A stretch of 64,000 nt of DNA, taken from contig OY760175.1 in NCBI GenBank assembly GCA_963663165.1, positions 6,592,001 through 6,656,000 on the forward strand, written 5' to 3'. The DNA is from an uncultured Desulfospira sp. (GTDB taxonomy: Bacteria > Desulfobacterota > Desulfobacteria > Desulfobacterales > Desulfobacteraceae). A program made the translations under genes and the position numbers. Position 1 is the first letter of the stretch. Each line of letters opens with the position of its first letter. Shown in pieces: positions 38,875 through 49,714 of the stretch. The notes below the pieces were generated by a model, which saw only the letters and a list, made by a program, of their open reading frames with translations, searched no databases and was not told the DNA's origin.

Positions 38875-39729
38875 TTACTCATACAGCAGGTGGTTCATGA
38901 TATCCTTAATATCTTCCGTGATTTCGTCCCAGATCTCCGGGGTCAGGTGATTTTTCCAGTCTCCTGAAATGCCTTTTCTAAAGAAATTGTTTTGATCTTC
39001 TGTTCCCTGTTTTCTGCCTTTGGACAGTTTGGAAAATTGATTTTCGTCAATGATTTTTTGAATTTCAGATGGCTCAGACCGGATATTTAAAAAATTGAGC
39101 AGGGCTGTCACGGTAGCCGTGGTATCGGATAAAAGGTCTTCGTACCTCACCCACAGCAGTTGGTTTGGCCGGTCATCAAAAGCGCTGCTCAATTTTTTAA
39201 TATGGGTTCCCCAGGTAAACGCCACCTTTTTTGCCCAGACCACTAAATCCCCGCCGGATCGCTCTAAAAAATCCGGTTCGACCCTTAGATTGTTGAACCA
39301 GCTGGATATGGCAACATCCTTTGGGTTTCGCACAATCCCTATAAATTTAGCCTCTGGGAATGATTGGATATAAATTTCAGGGTTACCGATGATGCCGTTG
39401 TCTTTGGAGCCCACATGGCTGATCGGTTTGTTCACCCGGGAATACTTTAATAAAGCCTGGGTGACTATCCATTTAAAACAGTATATCCGGTCGGTTTCAT
39501 CAAAAAGATAGGTGTCTTTCTGGTTGGCCGTCTCTTGGTTGGTTTTTTCGACCAATTGGTTATACCTGTCCAACAACTGGGTGATACCGGCAAGACAAGC
39601 AGTGAACTTGTCCTCAGGCCGGCAAAAAATTTGATGATGGCAGTTTAATATCATCTGAACCCAGGTGGTACCGGATTTGGGAACACCTGTGATAAAGAAA
39701 ACAGATGGGGGGCGGTTGGTTTTAATCAT
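38875..39729 (-). CDS. Sulfotransferase-domain protein
   Basis: PKSGTTW (5'-PSB), RNPKDVAIS (3'-PB), YEDL, FFRKGISGDWKN. Confidence 0.9.
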   Translation of the reverse strand: MIKTNRPPSVFFITGVPKSGTTWVQMILNCHHQIFCRPEDKFTACLAGITQLLDRYNQLVEKTNQETANQKDTYLFDETDRIYCFKWIVTQALLKYSRVNKPISHVGSKDNGIIGNPEIYIQSFPEAKFIGIVRNPKDVAISSWFNNLRVEPDFLERSGGDLVVWAKKVAFTWGTHIKKLSSAFDDRPNQLLWVRYEDLLSDTTATVTALLNFLNIRSEPSEIQKIIDENQFSKLSKGRKQGTEDQNNFFRKGISGDWKNHLTPEIWDEITEDIKDIMNHLLYE

Positions 39730-39802
39730 TTTAATTCCCTTTATTGGGTGTCTGACCGAAAACCCGTGTTAGAACGGCTCTGCCGAGCCGTTCAGGCAGA
39801 GT

Positions 39803-41203
39803 CTAAATGTCTGAACATTTGTCTGCTGCCTGTTTGATTCGGGCCACGGTCTTTTCCTTTCCCAAAGCCAGCAGCATTTCAAATATACCGGGGCTTACGG
39901 TGGTGCCGGTAACAGCTACCCGCAGCGGCTGGGCGATCTTGCCGAATTTGAGCCCGGTTTCTTCCATGATGGCTTTGAAAATATTTTCAAGGTTTTCCTG
40001 GGTATATGGGCCTATGGTGTCAATGGCCTGTCCCGCCTGTTCCAGCATGGGCCTGATGTCCGGCTTGAGGAATTTTTTGACCGCCTTTTCATCAAACTCT
40101 ACATGGTCCAGATAATAGAATCTGGCCCCTGCCGCCATCTCCTTCATGGTTTTGGCCCTGGGCTGAAGGGTTTCAATCACCCCTTTGGTAAATTCATCTT
40201 CTTGGGCTTGGATACCAAGCTCCCTGAGATGGAAAACCAGCTGGGGGGAAAGTTCTTCAGGGCTTTTTGCCTGGATATGTTTGGCATTGAGGGAGTTCAT
40301 TTTGTCCATGTCAAACATGGAGGCTGAACGGCCAAGGTGTTCCAGGTCAAATTTTTCAATCAAATCCTTTCGGGTGAAAAATTCCTGATCGCCATGGGAC
40401 CAGCCTAAGCGGACCAGATAGTTGATCATGGCATCGGGCAGAAAGCCCATGGCCTTGTATTCTCCCACAGACATGGCGCCGTGCCGTTTGCTTAACCTGG
40501 CCTTGTCCGGGCCAAGTACCATGGGCACATGGCCAAAGACCGGCAGGGCCGCATTCAGGGCCTGGTAAATGAGAATTTGTTTGGGGGTGTTGATCAGGTG
40601 GTCGTCTCCCCGGATGATGGTATTAATGCCCATGGTCAGGTCATCCACCACCACGGCCAGGTTATACATGGGGGAGCCGTCGCTTCTTTGAATGATAAAG
40701 TCGTCCATTTCCGCATTCTGAAAAGCGGTATCCCCCTTGACAATGTCCTTTACCACGGTAACCCCAGTGTCCGGGGTTCTGAGCCGGACCACGGTGTGGT
40801 CCCCTTTTTTGAGCCCCAAGTCCCGGCATTTGCCGTTGTACATGGGTTTAAGCCCTTTGGCTTTGGCTTGTTCGCGCATCTCATTAACCTCTTCGGGTGA
40901 GCATGAGCAGTAGTAGGCATGGCCTGAGGCGACCAGTTTTTCGATGTATTCTTTATAAATATCGTATCGTTTGGTCTGAAAATAGGGGCCCTCATCCCAA
41001 TCGATTCCCAGCCATTCCAGGGATTCCAGGATGGCGGCCGTTGATTCGTCCGTTGATCTGGCCTGGTCTGTGTCTTCGATTCTGAGGACAAATTTTCCTT
41101 GGGTTTTTCTGGCGTAAAGCCAGTTAAACAGCGCCGTCCTGGCCCCGCCAATGTGCAGGTAGCCGGTAGGAGAGGGGGGAAAGCGGGTGATGATGGTGTC
41201 CAT
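39803..41203 (-). CDS. gltX: Glutamate--tRNA ligase
   Basis: RFPPSPTGYLHIGG, LRIEDTD, RLSKRHGA. Confidence 0.97.
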   Translation of the reverse strand: MDTIITRFPPSPTGYLHIGGARTALFNWLYARKTQGKFVLRIEDTDQARSTDESTAAILESLEWLGIDWDEGPYFQTKRYDIYKEYIEKLVASGHAYYCSCSPEEVNEMREQAKAKGLKPMYNGKCRDLGLKKGDHTVVRLRTPDTGVTVVKDIVKGDTAFQNAEMDDFIIQRSDGSPMYNLAVVVDDLTMGINTIIRGDDHLINTPKQILIYQALNAALPVFGHVPMVLGPDKARLSKRHGAMSVGEYKAMGFLPDAMINYLVRLGWSHGDQEFFTRKDLIEKFDLEHLGRSASMFDMDKMNSLNAKHIQAKSPEELSPQLVFHLRELGIQAQEDEFTKGVIETLQPRAKTMKEMAAGARFYYLDHVEFDEKAVKKFLKPDIRPMLEQAGQAIDTIGPYTQENLENIFKAIMEETGLKFGKIAQPLRVAVTGTTVSPGIFEMLLALGKEKTVARIKQAADKCSDI

Positions 41204-41293
41204 ATAGGTTCTCCAGTTAGTTGTTTTTTAAATTAATTGGGGCATTACCTACCATAAAACCAATCAATGGGCAATCTTACATTACAAAAAACA

Positions 41294-41322
41294 TTGACTA
41301 TTTTAACGGACTGGGGTATCTA
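41294..41322 (+). promoter_or_regulatory. Putative sigma70 promoter of the rpmF operon
   Basis: TTGACT-N17-TATCTA. Confidence 0.4.
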
Positions 41323-41385
41323 AGTTTGTTTTATCGCAATTGTATGTAAATGGTAAGAATAACCATAAAACGTTAGGAGAGAACA

Positions 41386-41571
41386 ATGGCAGTACCAAAG
41401 CAGAAAAGCTCCAAGGCAAGGGGCAGAAAAAGACGGACCCATTACAAAACAAGCGCCCCCACGGTAACCCTGTGCCCGGAATGCCAGGAACCCAAACTGC
41501 CCCATACGGCCTGCCCCGAATGCGGTGCATATAAAAACAGAAACGTGAATGACCCGGAACCTGAGGATTAG
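41386..41571 (+). CDS. rpmF: 50S ribosomal protein L32
   Basis: MAVPKQKSSK..RRTH, CPEC..PH.ACPECG.Y. Confidence 0.95.
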   Translation: MAVPKQKSSKARGRKRRTHYKTSAPTVTLCPECQEPKLPHTACPECGAYKNRNVNDPEPED

Positions 41572-41586
41572 AACAGGAGCCTTTGC

Positions 41587-41820
41587 ATGACAATCGAGAC
41601 CAAGGTAATAAAGGTGATTGCGGAAAAAATCCAGGGCATTGACATAGAAGACGTGGTTCCCGAGGCATCCCTGGTGGAGGATCTTGGGGCGGATTCGCTG
41701 ACCATAGTGGAACTGGTCATGTCAATGGAAGAGGTGTTTGAAATCGAAATTGACGATGATGATGCCCAGGCCCTGGTGACGGTTCAGGACGCCATCGATT
41801 ATATCAAGAAAAAATCATAA
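41587..41820 (+). CDS. acpP: Acyl carrier protein
   Basis: DLGADSL phosphopantetheine site; acidic 77 aa. Confidence 0.92.
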   Translation: MTIETKVIKVIAEKIQGIDIEDVVPEASLVEDLGADSLTIVELVMSMEEVFEIEIDDDDAQALVTVQDAIDYIKKKS

Positions 41821-41830
41821 GGACAGGGCC

Positions 41831-42286
41831 ATGAGCGCTGAGAACGCCGTTATTATCGGAAGCGACCATGCGGCCGTTGAATTAAAGGAAAAGGTTAAAA
41901 AATACCTTCTGGACCGGGGGATTGAAGTGGAAGACGCCGGGACCCATACAACGGACTCCGTCAACTATGTGGATTACGGCAAAAAGGTGGCCGGTGCCGT
42001 GTCCAGGGGAGAGTACCCCAGAGGAATCCTGCTGTGCGGAACCGGTATCGGCATGTCCATTACGGCCAACCGGTTTGAAAATGTCCGGGCCGCCCTGTGC
42101 TCCGATGTTTTCAGCGTAAAAATGAGCCGCCTTCACAATGATTCCAATATTCTTGTCATGGGCGGCCGGATTTTAGGGGATATCCTGGCTTTTGAACTGG
42201 TTGCCACCTGGCTGGACACCCCATTTGAAGGGGGCCGCCACCTGGAGAGAATCCAATCCATAGACCACCCGGAAACCGGAAAATAG
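41831..42286 (+). CDS. rpiB: Ribose-5-phosphate isomerase B
   Basis: GSDHA, CGTGIGMSI.AN, HND.N, FEGGRH. Confidence 0.95.
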   Translation: MSAENAVIIGSDHAAVELKEKVKKYLLDRGIEVEDAGTHTTDSVNYVDYGKKVAGAVSRGEYPRGILLCGTGIGMSITANRFENVRAALCSDVFSVKMSRLHNDSNILVMGGRILGDILAFELVATWLDTPFEGGRHLERIQSIDHPETGK

Positions 42287-42313
42287 AAGACAGGAAACAA
42301 GAGAGCGCAAACA

Positions 42314-43579
42314 ATGGACAGCACACCGGAAACATCATCTAACGGATCTCTGATTGCTCAAGTGGATCCCCAAATCGCGCAGGTTATTGAAAGGGAGGCT
42401 GTCCGGCAGGAGCTTGGGCTCAACCTCATTGCATCTGAAAATACGGTCAGCAAAGCCGTTATGGCGGCCCAGGGGTCGGTCCTGACCAACAAATACGCCG
42501 AAGGGTATCCCAGCAAACGATACTACGGCGGGTGTGAATTTGTGGACCAGGCCGAAAACCTGGCCATTTCCCGGGCCAAAGAACTTTTCAACGTAGAATA
42601 CGCCAACGTCCAGCCCCATTCCGGGTCCCAGGCCAATATGGCGGTGTACTTTTCGCTGCTGTCCCCCGGTGACCGGATCCTGGCCATGGACCTGTCCCAC
42701 GGCGGCCATCTTACCCATGGGGCCGGTGTCAGCTTTTCAGGCAAATTGTTTGATTTTAAGCATTACGGCCTGTCCCCGGAGACCGAGACCATTGACCTGG
42801 ATCAGGTAAGAACGCTTGCCAAAAAACATTCCCCCAAACTCATTGTGGCCGGTGCCAGCGCCTATCCCCGGATTATCGACTTTAAGGGATTTGCCGACAT
42901 TGCTGCGGAGACCGGGGCCTTGTTCATGGTGGACATGGCCCATGTGGCAGGCCTTGTGGCGGCCGGGGTTCACCCAAGCCCGGTAGGCCTTGCCGACGTC
43001 ATCACCTCCACCACCCACAAGACCCTCAGGGGACCTAGAGGCGGACTGATTCTGGCTTCCCAGGAATATGCCCAGAAGCTGAATGCCAATATTTTTCCCG
43101 GTATTCAGGGCGGGCCCCTTATGCATGTCATTGCGGCCAAGGCCGTGGCCTTTAAGGAAGCCCTGGCGCCTGAATTTAAAACCTACCAGGCACAGGTGGT
43201 TAAAAATGCCGCCGCCCTGGCCTCGGTAATCATGGAACGTGGCTACAAGCTGGTGACCAACGGAACGGACAACCACATGGTTCTGGTGGATTTTACCGGC
43301 AGGGACATCACGGGAAAAGCGGCGGAAGAACGGCTGGGCCGGGCCCATATCACGGTAAACAAAAATACCGTGCCCAATGAAAAACGCGGACCTTTTGTGA
43401 CCTCGGGCGTCCGGATCGGCGTGCCGCTGGTCACTTCCAGAGGAATGAAGGAAGATGCCGTAAAACAGATCGCCGGCTGTATCTGTGATATTCTGGACAA
43501 CGAGGCCAAGGTTGAAAAAACCGCTGCCCGGGTCAAAGAGATTTGCCTGGCCTATCCCCTTTACAGAGACCAGTCCTGA
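42314..43579 (+). CDS. glyA: Serine hydroxymethyltransferase
   Basis: [33 protein letters not shown]. Confidence 0.97.
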   Translation: MDSTPETSSNGSLIAQVDPQIAQVIEREAVRQELGLNLIASENTVSKAVMAAQGSVLTNKYAEGYPSKRYYGGCEFVDQAENLAISRAKELFNVEYANVQPHSGSQANMAVYFSLLSPGDRILAMDLSHGGHLTHGAGVSFSGKLFDFKHYGLSPETETIDLDQVRTLAKKHSPKLIVAGASAYPRIIDFKGFADIAAETGALFMVDMAHVAGLVAAGVHPSPVGLADVITSTTHKTLRGPRGGLILASQEYAQKLNANIFPGIQGGPLMHVIAAKAVAFKEALAPEFKTYQAQVVKNAAALASVIMERGYKLVTNGTDNHMVLVDFTGRDITGKAAEERLGRAHITVNKNTVPNEKRGPFVTSGVRIGVPLVTSRGMKEDAVKQIAGCICDILDNEAKVEKTAARVKEICLAYPLYRDQS

Positions 43580-43580
43580 T

Positions 43581-44039
43581 ATGAATCTGCCTGACCGCCC
43601 TTCCTGGCATGAATATTTTAAAGGCATTACCGATCTGGTGGCCCAGCGGGCCACATGCACCCGAAGGAAAGTCGGGGCGGTACTGGTCAAGGAAAAGCGG
43701 ATTCTGTGTTCAGGCTACAATGGTGCGCCGGCCGGCATTCCCCATTGCAGTGAAACCGGATGTTTAAGGGAACGGCTCAATGTGCCGTCCGGGGAAAAAC
43801 ATGAACTGTGCCGGGGGGTCCATGCGGAACAGAACGTTATTATCCAGGCTGCCTTTCACGGTATCCCGGTGAACGGCGCTGACCTCTACTGCACCAATCA
43901 GCCCTGTTCCATCTGTGCCAAAATGATCATCAATGCCGGCATTAAGAAGGTCTACTACTGGGACGGCTATGATGATCCCTTAAGTATAGAAATGTTTGAT
44001 CAGGCCGGGGTAGAACTGATCCGGCTGGATAAAAAATAA
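43581..44039 (+). CDS. dCMP/cytidine deaminase family protein (ComEB-like)
   Basis: [20 protein letters not shown]; start at ATG 43581. Confidence 0.9.
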   Translation: MNLPDRPSWHEYFKGITDLVAQRATCTRRKVGAVLVKEKRILCSGYNGAPAGIPHCSETGCLRERLNVPSGEKHELCRGVHAEQNVIIQAAFHGIPVNGADLYCTNQPCSICAKMIINAGIKKVYYWDGYDDPLSIEMFDQAGVELIRLDKK

Positions 44040-44072
44040 CAGCTAACAGCTAATGGCTAGCAGCTAACAGCC
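44037..44072. repeat. GCTAACA heptamer array beginning at the deaminase stop codon
   Basis: taaca gctaaca gctaatg gctagca gctaaca gcc. Confidence 0.75.
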
Positions 44073-44087
44073 AAGTGAGAACTCATT

Positions 44088-44594
44088 ATGAAATGCCCAT
44101 ACTGTGGAAAGATGAATACCCGGGTGATCGATTCCCGGCCGGGCAAGATTGAGTTTGAGGTTCGCCGCAGAAGAGAGTGTCAGACCTGTACCCAGCGGTT
44201 TACCACCTACGAACGGATTGAACAGACCCCTGTGGTGATCATCAAAAAAGACGGCCGCAGGGAAGAGTACGACCGCGAAAAAGTCCTCAAGGGGATTAAA
44301 AAGGCCTGTGAAAAGCGGGCCATTTCCATTGAATTGATCGAAAAAATGGTGGACCGCCTTGAAAAAGAGTTACGGGAAGGCAGCGAACGGGAACTTGCGT
44401 CCACCATTGTCGGGGAAAAGATCATCCAGGCCTTAAAAGATGTGGATGATGTGGCCTATGTCCGGTTTGCCTCGGTTTACCGGGAGTTTAAGGACGTGGC
44501 GGATTTTATTCAGGAATTGAAAAGCCTGATCCCCAAAGAGTGTCAGCCCATCGAATTTGACCAGATAACCGGCAAGGCCGATGACGGATCATGA
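44088..44594 (+). CDS. nrdR: Transcriptional repressor NrdR
   Basis: MKCPYCG, RRRREC..C..RFTTYE, ATP cone, VAYVRFASVYREF. Confidence 0.96.
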   Translation: MKCPYCGKMNTRVIDSRPGKIEFEVRRRRECQTCTQRFTTYERIEQTPVVIIKKDGRREEYDREKVLKGIKKACEKRAISIELIEKMVDRLEKELREGSERELASTIVGEKIIQALKDVDDVAYVRFASVYREFKDVADFIQELKSLIPKECQPIEFDQITGKADDGS

Positions 44595-45678
44595 ATACAT
44601 GTCCCAGGCCCTTTCCCTGGGGTTAAAAGGGAAGGGATTCACGTCTCCCAACCCCTGCGTCGGGGCCGTGGTGGTAAAAGACGGCCGTGTCGTGGGCCAA
44701 GGATGGCATCATGCCGCAGGACAGCCCCATGCCGAGGTTGAGGCCATTGAAGACGCCAGAGGCCATACAAAAAACGCCACCATCTATGTGACCCTGGAGC
44801 CGTGCAATCATTTTGGACGGACCCCGCCCTGCACAAAAAAAATCATTGAAAGCGGTATCACCCGGGTGGTGGTGGGATGCAAAGATCCCAATCCCAATGT
44901 CTGCGGTGGCGGCATAAAGACCTTGGAAGATCACGGTATAAAGGTCACCCATGGGGTTTTGGAAGAGGATGCCCGAACCCTGATAGAAGATTTTATCTGG
45001 TATACCTTGAACAAACGCCCCTTTGTCACTTTGAAGTGTGCGGCCACCCTTGACGGCCGGATTGCCACGTCTACCGGCGATTCCAAATGGATCACCGGTG
45101 AGGCGTCCAGAGGCCTGGGCCATCGCTTAAGGCATGAATCAGACGCTATTTTAATTGGTTCAGGCACCCTTGAGGCCGATAATCCGTCGCTTACTGCCCG
45201 GATTCCCGGACAGAAGACAAAAGATCCCATCCGAATCATTCTGGATTCGAATTTAAGGATATCCCCGGATGCTAAGGTGATCCAGCAGGAATCCTCAAGC
45301 CTTACCATTGTGGCCTGCGGCCCCGGAGCGTCACTTAAGAAAAAAAAGGTTCTTGAGAACGCCGGGGCACAGATCCTGGAATTTGGGATGACCGATACCG
45401 GGCTTGATTTAACGCAACTTGTGATTAAGTTAGGTCAGATGTCTGTCATGAGCCTGTTGATTGAAGGGGGCGGGAAAGTGGCTTCTTCGGCCTTGAAAGC
45501 CGGAATTGTCAACAAGGTCTGCTATTTTATGGCCCCTAAAATCTTGGGGGGCAGCGACGGGGTTCCGGTTTTCGGAGGAAAGGGACCTGAAAAAATCAGC
45601 CAGGTGTTTACCTTTAAACGGATGACCGTGGACCGGGTTGAAGAAGATATCCTGGTGCAAGGGTATTTAAAGGAATAG
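44581..45678 (+). CDS. ribD: Riboflavin biosynthesis deaminase/reductase RibD
   Basis: PNP.VGAV, HAE, TLEPC.H.GRTPPC, SKWIT, EGGG. Confidence 0.96.
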   Translation: MTDHEYMSQALSLGLKGKGFTSPNPCVGAVVVKDGRVVGQGWHHAAGQPHAEVEAIEDARGHTKNATIYVTLEPCNHFGRTPPCTKKIIESGITRVVVGCKDPNPNVCGGGIKTLEDHGIKVTHGVLEEDARTLIEDFIWYTLNKRPFVTLKCAATLDGRIATSTGDSKWITGEASRGLGHRLRHESDAILIGSGTLEADNPSLTARIPGQKTKDPIRIILDSNLRISPDAKVIQQESSSLTIVACGPGASLKKKKVLENAGAQILEFGMTDTGLDLTQLVIKLGQMSVMSLLIEGGGKVASSALKAGIVNKVCYFMAPKILGGSDGVPVFGGKGPEKISQVFTFKRMTVDRVEEDILVQGYLKE

Positions 45679-45684
45679 GGAACG

Positions 45685-46347
45685 GTGTTTACCGGTATCA
45701 TAGAAAGCCTTGGAACCATTGAACGGATTCAGTCCCAGGGGGAAGGAAAAATCCTTCATATCTCATCGGACCTGGATCTGACCGAAAGCCGAATCGGGGA
45801 TTCCATTGCCGTGAACGGGGCCTGCCTGACTGCTGTCAGCCTGGGGAAAAAGGGCTTTTCCGTGGATGTGGCACCGGAAACCATTGACCGGACCAGCTTA
45901 AAGTCTGCCGGGCCCGGCACCCGGGTCAACATCGAGCGGGCATTAAAACTGTCATCCAGAATAGACGGCCATCTGGTGTCCGGCCATATTGACGGAACCG
46001 GAACCATTGCCGGCATATCCCGACGGAGCAATGCCGTTATCGTTGATATTCAGGTGGACCCGGTCCTTTCCCGGGACATGATCGAAAAGGGGTCGGTGGC
46101 GGTAGACGGGATCAGCCTGACCATCAACCAATGCCGGGACAATGGATTTGAAGTCAGCATTATTCCCCACACGGCTGCCGTGACCACCATCGGATTTAAA
46201 AAGCCCGGGGACCAGGTCAATATTGAGACGGACATGCTTGGCAAATATGTCCGCAAGATCCTGGGACGGCATCTGACAGACAATAAAGCGGAAAGCCCTG
46301 AACAGGGGATCTCTCTGGGCATGCTGGCCCAGAACGGATTTTTGTAA
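45685..46347 (+). CDS. ribE: Riboflavin synthase (alpha chain)
   Basis: MFTGII, GDSIAVNGACLT, GHLVSGHID. Confidence 0.95.
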   Translation: MFTGIIESLGTIERIQSQGEGKILHISSDLDLTESRIGDSIAVNGACLTAVSLGKKGFSVDVAPETIDRTSLKSAGPGTRVNIERALKLSSRIDGHLVSGHIDGTGTIAGISRRSNAVIVDIQVDPVLSRDMIEKGSVAVDGISLTINQCRDNGFEVSIIPHTAAVTTIGFKKPGDQVNIETDMLGKYVRKILGRHLTDNKAESPEQGISLGMLAQNGFL

Positions 46348-46424
46348 CTTGGACATGGGATATGAGACTTGGGATTTGAGAAAAGAAGTTGAAGTAAACC
46401 CCAAGTCCCAGGTCCCAAGCCCCA
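46347..46424. repeat. Inverted GGACTTG-family heptamer arrays
   Basis: acttggacatgggatatgagacttgggatttg...cccaagtcccaggtcccaagccca. Confidence 0.7.
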
Positions 46425-46448
46425 TGTCTTTAAATAAAGGATAATACA

Positions 46449-47654
46449 ATGCCTCACATCACCATAGAACAGGCAATTGAAGATATTAAGAACGGGAAAA
46501 TGGTCATCCTTGTGGATGATGAAGACCGTGAAAACGAAGGGGATCTGACCATGGCCGCAGAGGCTGTCACCCCGGAGGCCATTAATTTCATGGCCAAATA
46601 CGGCAGGGGCCTGGTCTGCCTTTCTTTAGATTCCAGTATTGCAGACCGGCTGGACCTGCCCATGATGGTGGATCACAACACCTCTCAGTTCGAGACAGGG
46701 TTTACCGTATCCATTGAAGCCAAAAAGGGCGTGACCACCGGGATTTCAGCTGCGGACCGGGCCACCACCATCCTGACCGCCGTGGCAGACGACACCACCC
46801 CGGCGGACATCGCCAGACCGGGCCATATTTTTCCCTTAAGGGCCAGGGACGGCGGGGTCATGGTCCGGGTGGGCCAGACGGAAGGGTCTGTAGACCTTTC
46901 CCGGCTGGCGGGGTTGAAACCGGCCGGCGTGATCTGTGAGATCATGGATGAAGACGGTACCATGGCCAGAATGCCTTCCCTGGAATCATTTTCCGAAAAA
47001 CACGGCATTGGCATCTGCACCGTGGCCGATTTGGTAAAATACCGCCTTAAGACCGAGATTTTTGTCAGACGGGCTGCCCAGACTGTTATCCCCACAAGGG
47101 TAGGGGGCGAGTTTACCATTATTGCCTATGAAAACGATATTGACAACCTGACCCACATCGCCTTGGTCAAGGGGGACGTGGACCCTGAAAAGCCCACCCT
47201 GGTTCGGGTCCATTCCGAATGCATGACCGGTGACATTTTTACATCCTTAAGATGTGACTGCCAGGAACAATTGTACCAGGCCATGGCCATGATCAAAAAA
47301 GAGGGGGCCGGGGTTATTTTGTACCTGCGCCAGGAAGGGCGCGGCATAGGCCTTGTGAACAAACTTCGGGCCTATGAATATCAGCGCCAGGGGCTGGATA
47401 CCGTGGAGGCCAACGAGATTCTCGGGTTCAAGGCAGATATGAGAGATTATGGGGTCGGGGCTCAGATCCTGGTGGATTTGGGGGTTCGCAAGATCCGGTT
47501 GATGACCAACAACCCCAAAAAGATGGTGGGCCTTGATGGATACGGATTAAGCCTGGTAGAGCAGGTTCCCATTGAGGTTGAACCCAATCCCCATAATAAG
47601 GGGTACTTGAAATGTAAGCAGGCCAAGATGGGGCATCTGCTCCACATGCAATAA
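46449..47654 (+). CDS. ribBA: Bifunctional DHBP synthase/GTP cyclohydrolase II
   Basis: [30 protein letters not shown]. Confidence 0.97.
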   Translation: MPHITIEQAIEDIKNGKMVILVDDEDRENEGDLTMAAEAVTPEAINFMAKYGRGLVCLSLDSSIADRLDLPMMVDHNTSQFETGFTVSIEAKKGVTTGISAADRATTILTAVADDTTPADIARPGHIFPLRARDGGVMVRVGQTEGSVDLSRLAGLKPAGVICEIMDEDGTMARMPSLESFSEKHGIGICTVADLVKYRLKTEIFVRRAAQTVIPTRVGGEFTIIAYENDIDNLTHIALVKGDVDPEKPTLVRVHSECMTGDIFTSLRCDCQEQLYQAMAMIKKEGAGVILYLRQEGRGIGLVNKLRAYEYQRQGLDTVEANEILGFKADMRDYGVGAQILVDLGVRKIRLMTNNPKKMVGLDGYGLSLVEQVPIEVEPNPHNKGYLKCKQAKMGHLLHMQ

Positions 47655-47657
47655 TAA

Positions 47658-47905
47658 GTGTTTGAACGAAATCTTACCCATCTGCTGCGTTGCTTAACAA
47701 TTTTGAATCCTCACGTACTTTATGTACGCTCCGGTTCAAAATTGCTTGCGCCTTGCATATGGGCAAGCCTTCGTCCAAACACGGTGAATGAAAATTCACC
47801 CACCTGCGGCGTTGCTGGATAGTTTTAAGATCCTCACGTACAACAGTACGCTCCGGTCTTAAAATTCTTTGCGCCTTGCATCTGGGCAAATTTTCATCCA
47901 AACAC
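47658..47905. repeat. Structured ~125-bp dispersed repeat, tandem copies 3 (47658-47782) and 4 (47783-47905)
   Basis: Two head-to-tail units with the shared loop motifs. Confidence 0.85.
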
Positions 47906-47985
47906 CGGGCCTTGAGAAATTGGGCATAGTACTGAATTTTAAATGGGTTTATGGTTAAAAATTCAGCTGATAGCTTATTGAAGAC

Positions 47986-48058
47986 AGCTAACAGCTAAAA
48001 GCTAACGGCTAACAGCTAAATGCTAACAGCTAACAGCTAACGGCTAACAGCTAACCGC
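47986..48058. repeat. GCTAACA heptamer array (~10 units)
   Basis: gctaaca gctaaaa gctaacg gctaaca gctaaat gctaaca gctaaca gctaacg gctaaca gctaacc. Confidence 0.9.
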
Positions 48059-48078
48059 TTTCAAAACGAGGAAAAAAA

Positions 48079-48555
48079 ATGCCGCAGATTATTGAAGCCG
48101 GACTTCAGGCACAGGGGAAGAAATTCGGGATCATCGTGTCCCGGTTTAATGATTTTATCACCTCCAAACTGGTGGAAGGGGCCGTGGATGCCCTGATCAG
48201 GAGCGGGGGAGACGACAAGGACATTGATCTGGTAAAAGTGCCCGGCGCTTTTGAGATCCCGTTAATGGCCCAGAAAATGGCCGGTTTGAAAAAATATGAC
48301 GCCCTGATCTGTTTGGGGGCTGTGATCCGGGGGGCCACATCCCATTACGATTACGTCTGTGCCGAAGTGTCAAAGGGGATTGCGGCGGTAAGCCTTGAGG
48401 CCGGGATCCCGGTTATGTTCGGCATTCTGACCACGGATACCATTGAGCAGGCCATTGAACGGGCCGGCACCAAAGCCGGGAACAAAGGATTTGAAGTGGC
48501 ACTGGGTGCGGTTGAAATGGCCAACTTGAGTGCTGCCATAAAAAAGGCCAAATAG
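48079..48555 (+). CDS. ribH: 6,7-dimethyl-8-ribityllumazine synthase
   Basis: [29 protein letters not shown]. Confidence 0.96.
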   Translation: MPQIIEAGLQAQGKKFGIIVSRFNDFITSKLVEGAVDALIRSGGDDKDIDLVKVPGAFEIPLMAQKMAGLKKYDALICLGAVIRGATSHYDYVCAEVSKGIAAVSLEAGIPVMFGILTTDTIEQAIERAGTKAGNKGFEVALGAVEMANLSAAIKKAK

Positions 48556-48558
48556 TTT

Positions 48559-48990
48559 ATGGGTAGTCGCAGAAAGTCCCGGGAGCTGGCCCTCCAGGCA
48601 TTATTTTTCCTGGATGTCAGCCGGGGGGAGGCGGATAAGAATCTTCAGGCCTTTTGTGATGAACGGACTGAAGAACTGACCGATGAGGTAACGCCCTTTT
48701 TCCTGGACCTGGTTCATGGGGTTTTGGCGGGGATGGATGAAATAGACAGCCTGCTCAATCAGTATTCCAAAAACTGGAAGCTGTCCCGGATGTCCGTGGT
48801 GGACCGTAATATCATGCGCATGGCCGTATTTGAAATCCTGAAACGGGAGGATATTCCGGCCACGGTTTCCATCAATGAAGCCGTTGAAATCGGAAAAATA
48901 TACGGGACCCGGGAATCCGGCCCCTTTATCAACGGCATCCTGGACCGGATCAGAATAGAGCGTGAACAAGCGTCACCTCCTGAAGGATAG
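48559..48990 (+). CDS. nusB: Transcription antitermination factor NusB
   Basis: RRKSRELALQAL, DRNI.R, SINEAVE, FINGILD. Confidence 0.95.
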   Translation: MGSRRKSRELALQALFFLDVSRGEADKNLQAFCDERTEELTDEVTPFFLDLVHGVLAGMDEIDSLLNQYSKNWKLSRMSVVDRNIMRMAVFEILKREDIPATVSINEAVEIGKIYGTRESGPFINGILDRIRIEREQASPPEG

Positions 48991-49025
48991 ACCCTAGGAC
49001 TTCGGTTACAACCAACGGGAAGACC

Positions 49026-49076
49026 AGCAGCCAACAACTGACAGCGAAAAGCCAACAGCTAATTGCTAAAAGCTAA
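49026..49076. repeat. Degenerate GCTAACA heptamer array
   Basis: gccaaca actgaca gcgaaaa gccaaca gctaatt gctaaaa gctaaaa. Confidence 0.6.
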
Positions 49077-49093
49077 AAAACGGGAGAATTGTT

Positions 49094-49714
49094 TTGATCA
49101 TAAAAAAACTTGAAGTCGGGCCGATCATGGCAAATTGCTATATCCTGGGATGCGAACAAACCAAACAAGCCGCCGTTATAGATCCCGGAGACGATGCAGA
49201 CCGGATTCTCATGGAACTTGCCAAATCGGAACTGAAAGTCACATATCTGATCAATACCCATGGCCATTTTGACCATGTAGGGGCCAATAAGCGGATGAAA
49301 GAGGCCACCGGCGCCACCCTGGCCATTCACCCCGGGGACGAACCCATGCTGGGAAAGCTTTCCAAATCAGCTGCCATGTTCGGCTTAGCGGCAGAGAACT
49401 CCCCCGGGCCCGACATGCTGCTCAATGATGGGGATGAGGTGTCATTTGGCGAGATCACCCTCAAAGTCATCCATACCCCGGGCCATTCAGAGGGCGGCAT
49501 CTGTCTGTATATCCCGGGCTGTGTGTTTGCAGGAGATACCCTGTTTTACGGCTCTATCGGCCGGACAGACCTTCCCGGAGGGGATTATGACCTGCTGATT
49601 TCCAGCATCAAAACCAAGCTTTTCAGTCTTCCTGACGATACGGTCGTTTACCCCGGCCATGGCCCTGCAACCCAGATCGGAAAAGAAAAAATAATCAACC
49701 CGTTTCTTTCATGA
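49094..49714 (+). CDS. MBL-fold metallo-hydrolase (glyoxalase II-like)
   Basis: THGHFDHVG, HTPGHS, GDTLF, PGHG. Confidence 0.92.
   Translation: MIIKKLEVGPIMANCYILGCEQTKQAAVIDPGDDADRILMELAKSELKVTYLINTHGHFDHVGANKRMKEATGATLAIHPGDEPMLGKLSKSAAMFGLAAENSPGPDMLLNDGDEVSFGEITLKVIHTPGHSEGGICLYIPGCVFAGDTLFYGSIGRTDLPGGDYDLLISSIKTKLFSLPDDTVVYPGHGPATQIGKEKIINPFLS

Noticed and set aside
47658..48058. CRISPR array or integron attC cassettes
   Set aside because: No constant repeat with unique spacers, no cas or intI gene, no RYYYAAC/GTTRRRY ends; flanking genes are core rib genes
44581..48555. FMN riboswitch for the rib genes
   Set aside because: ribD overlaps nrdR, and no RFN consensus is visible in the intergenic regions, which contain only repeats
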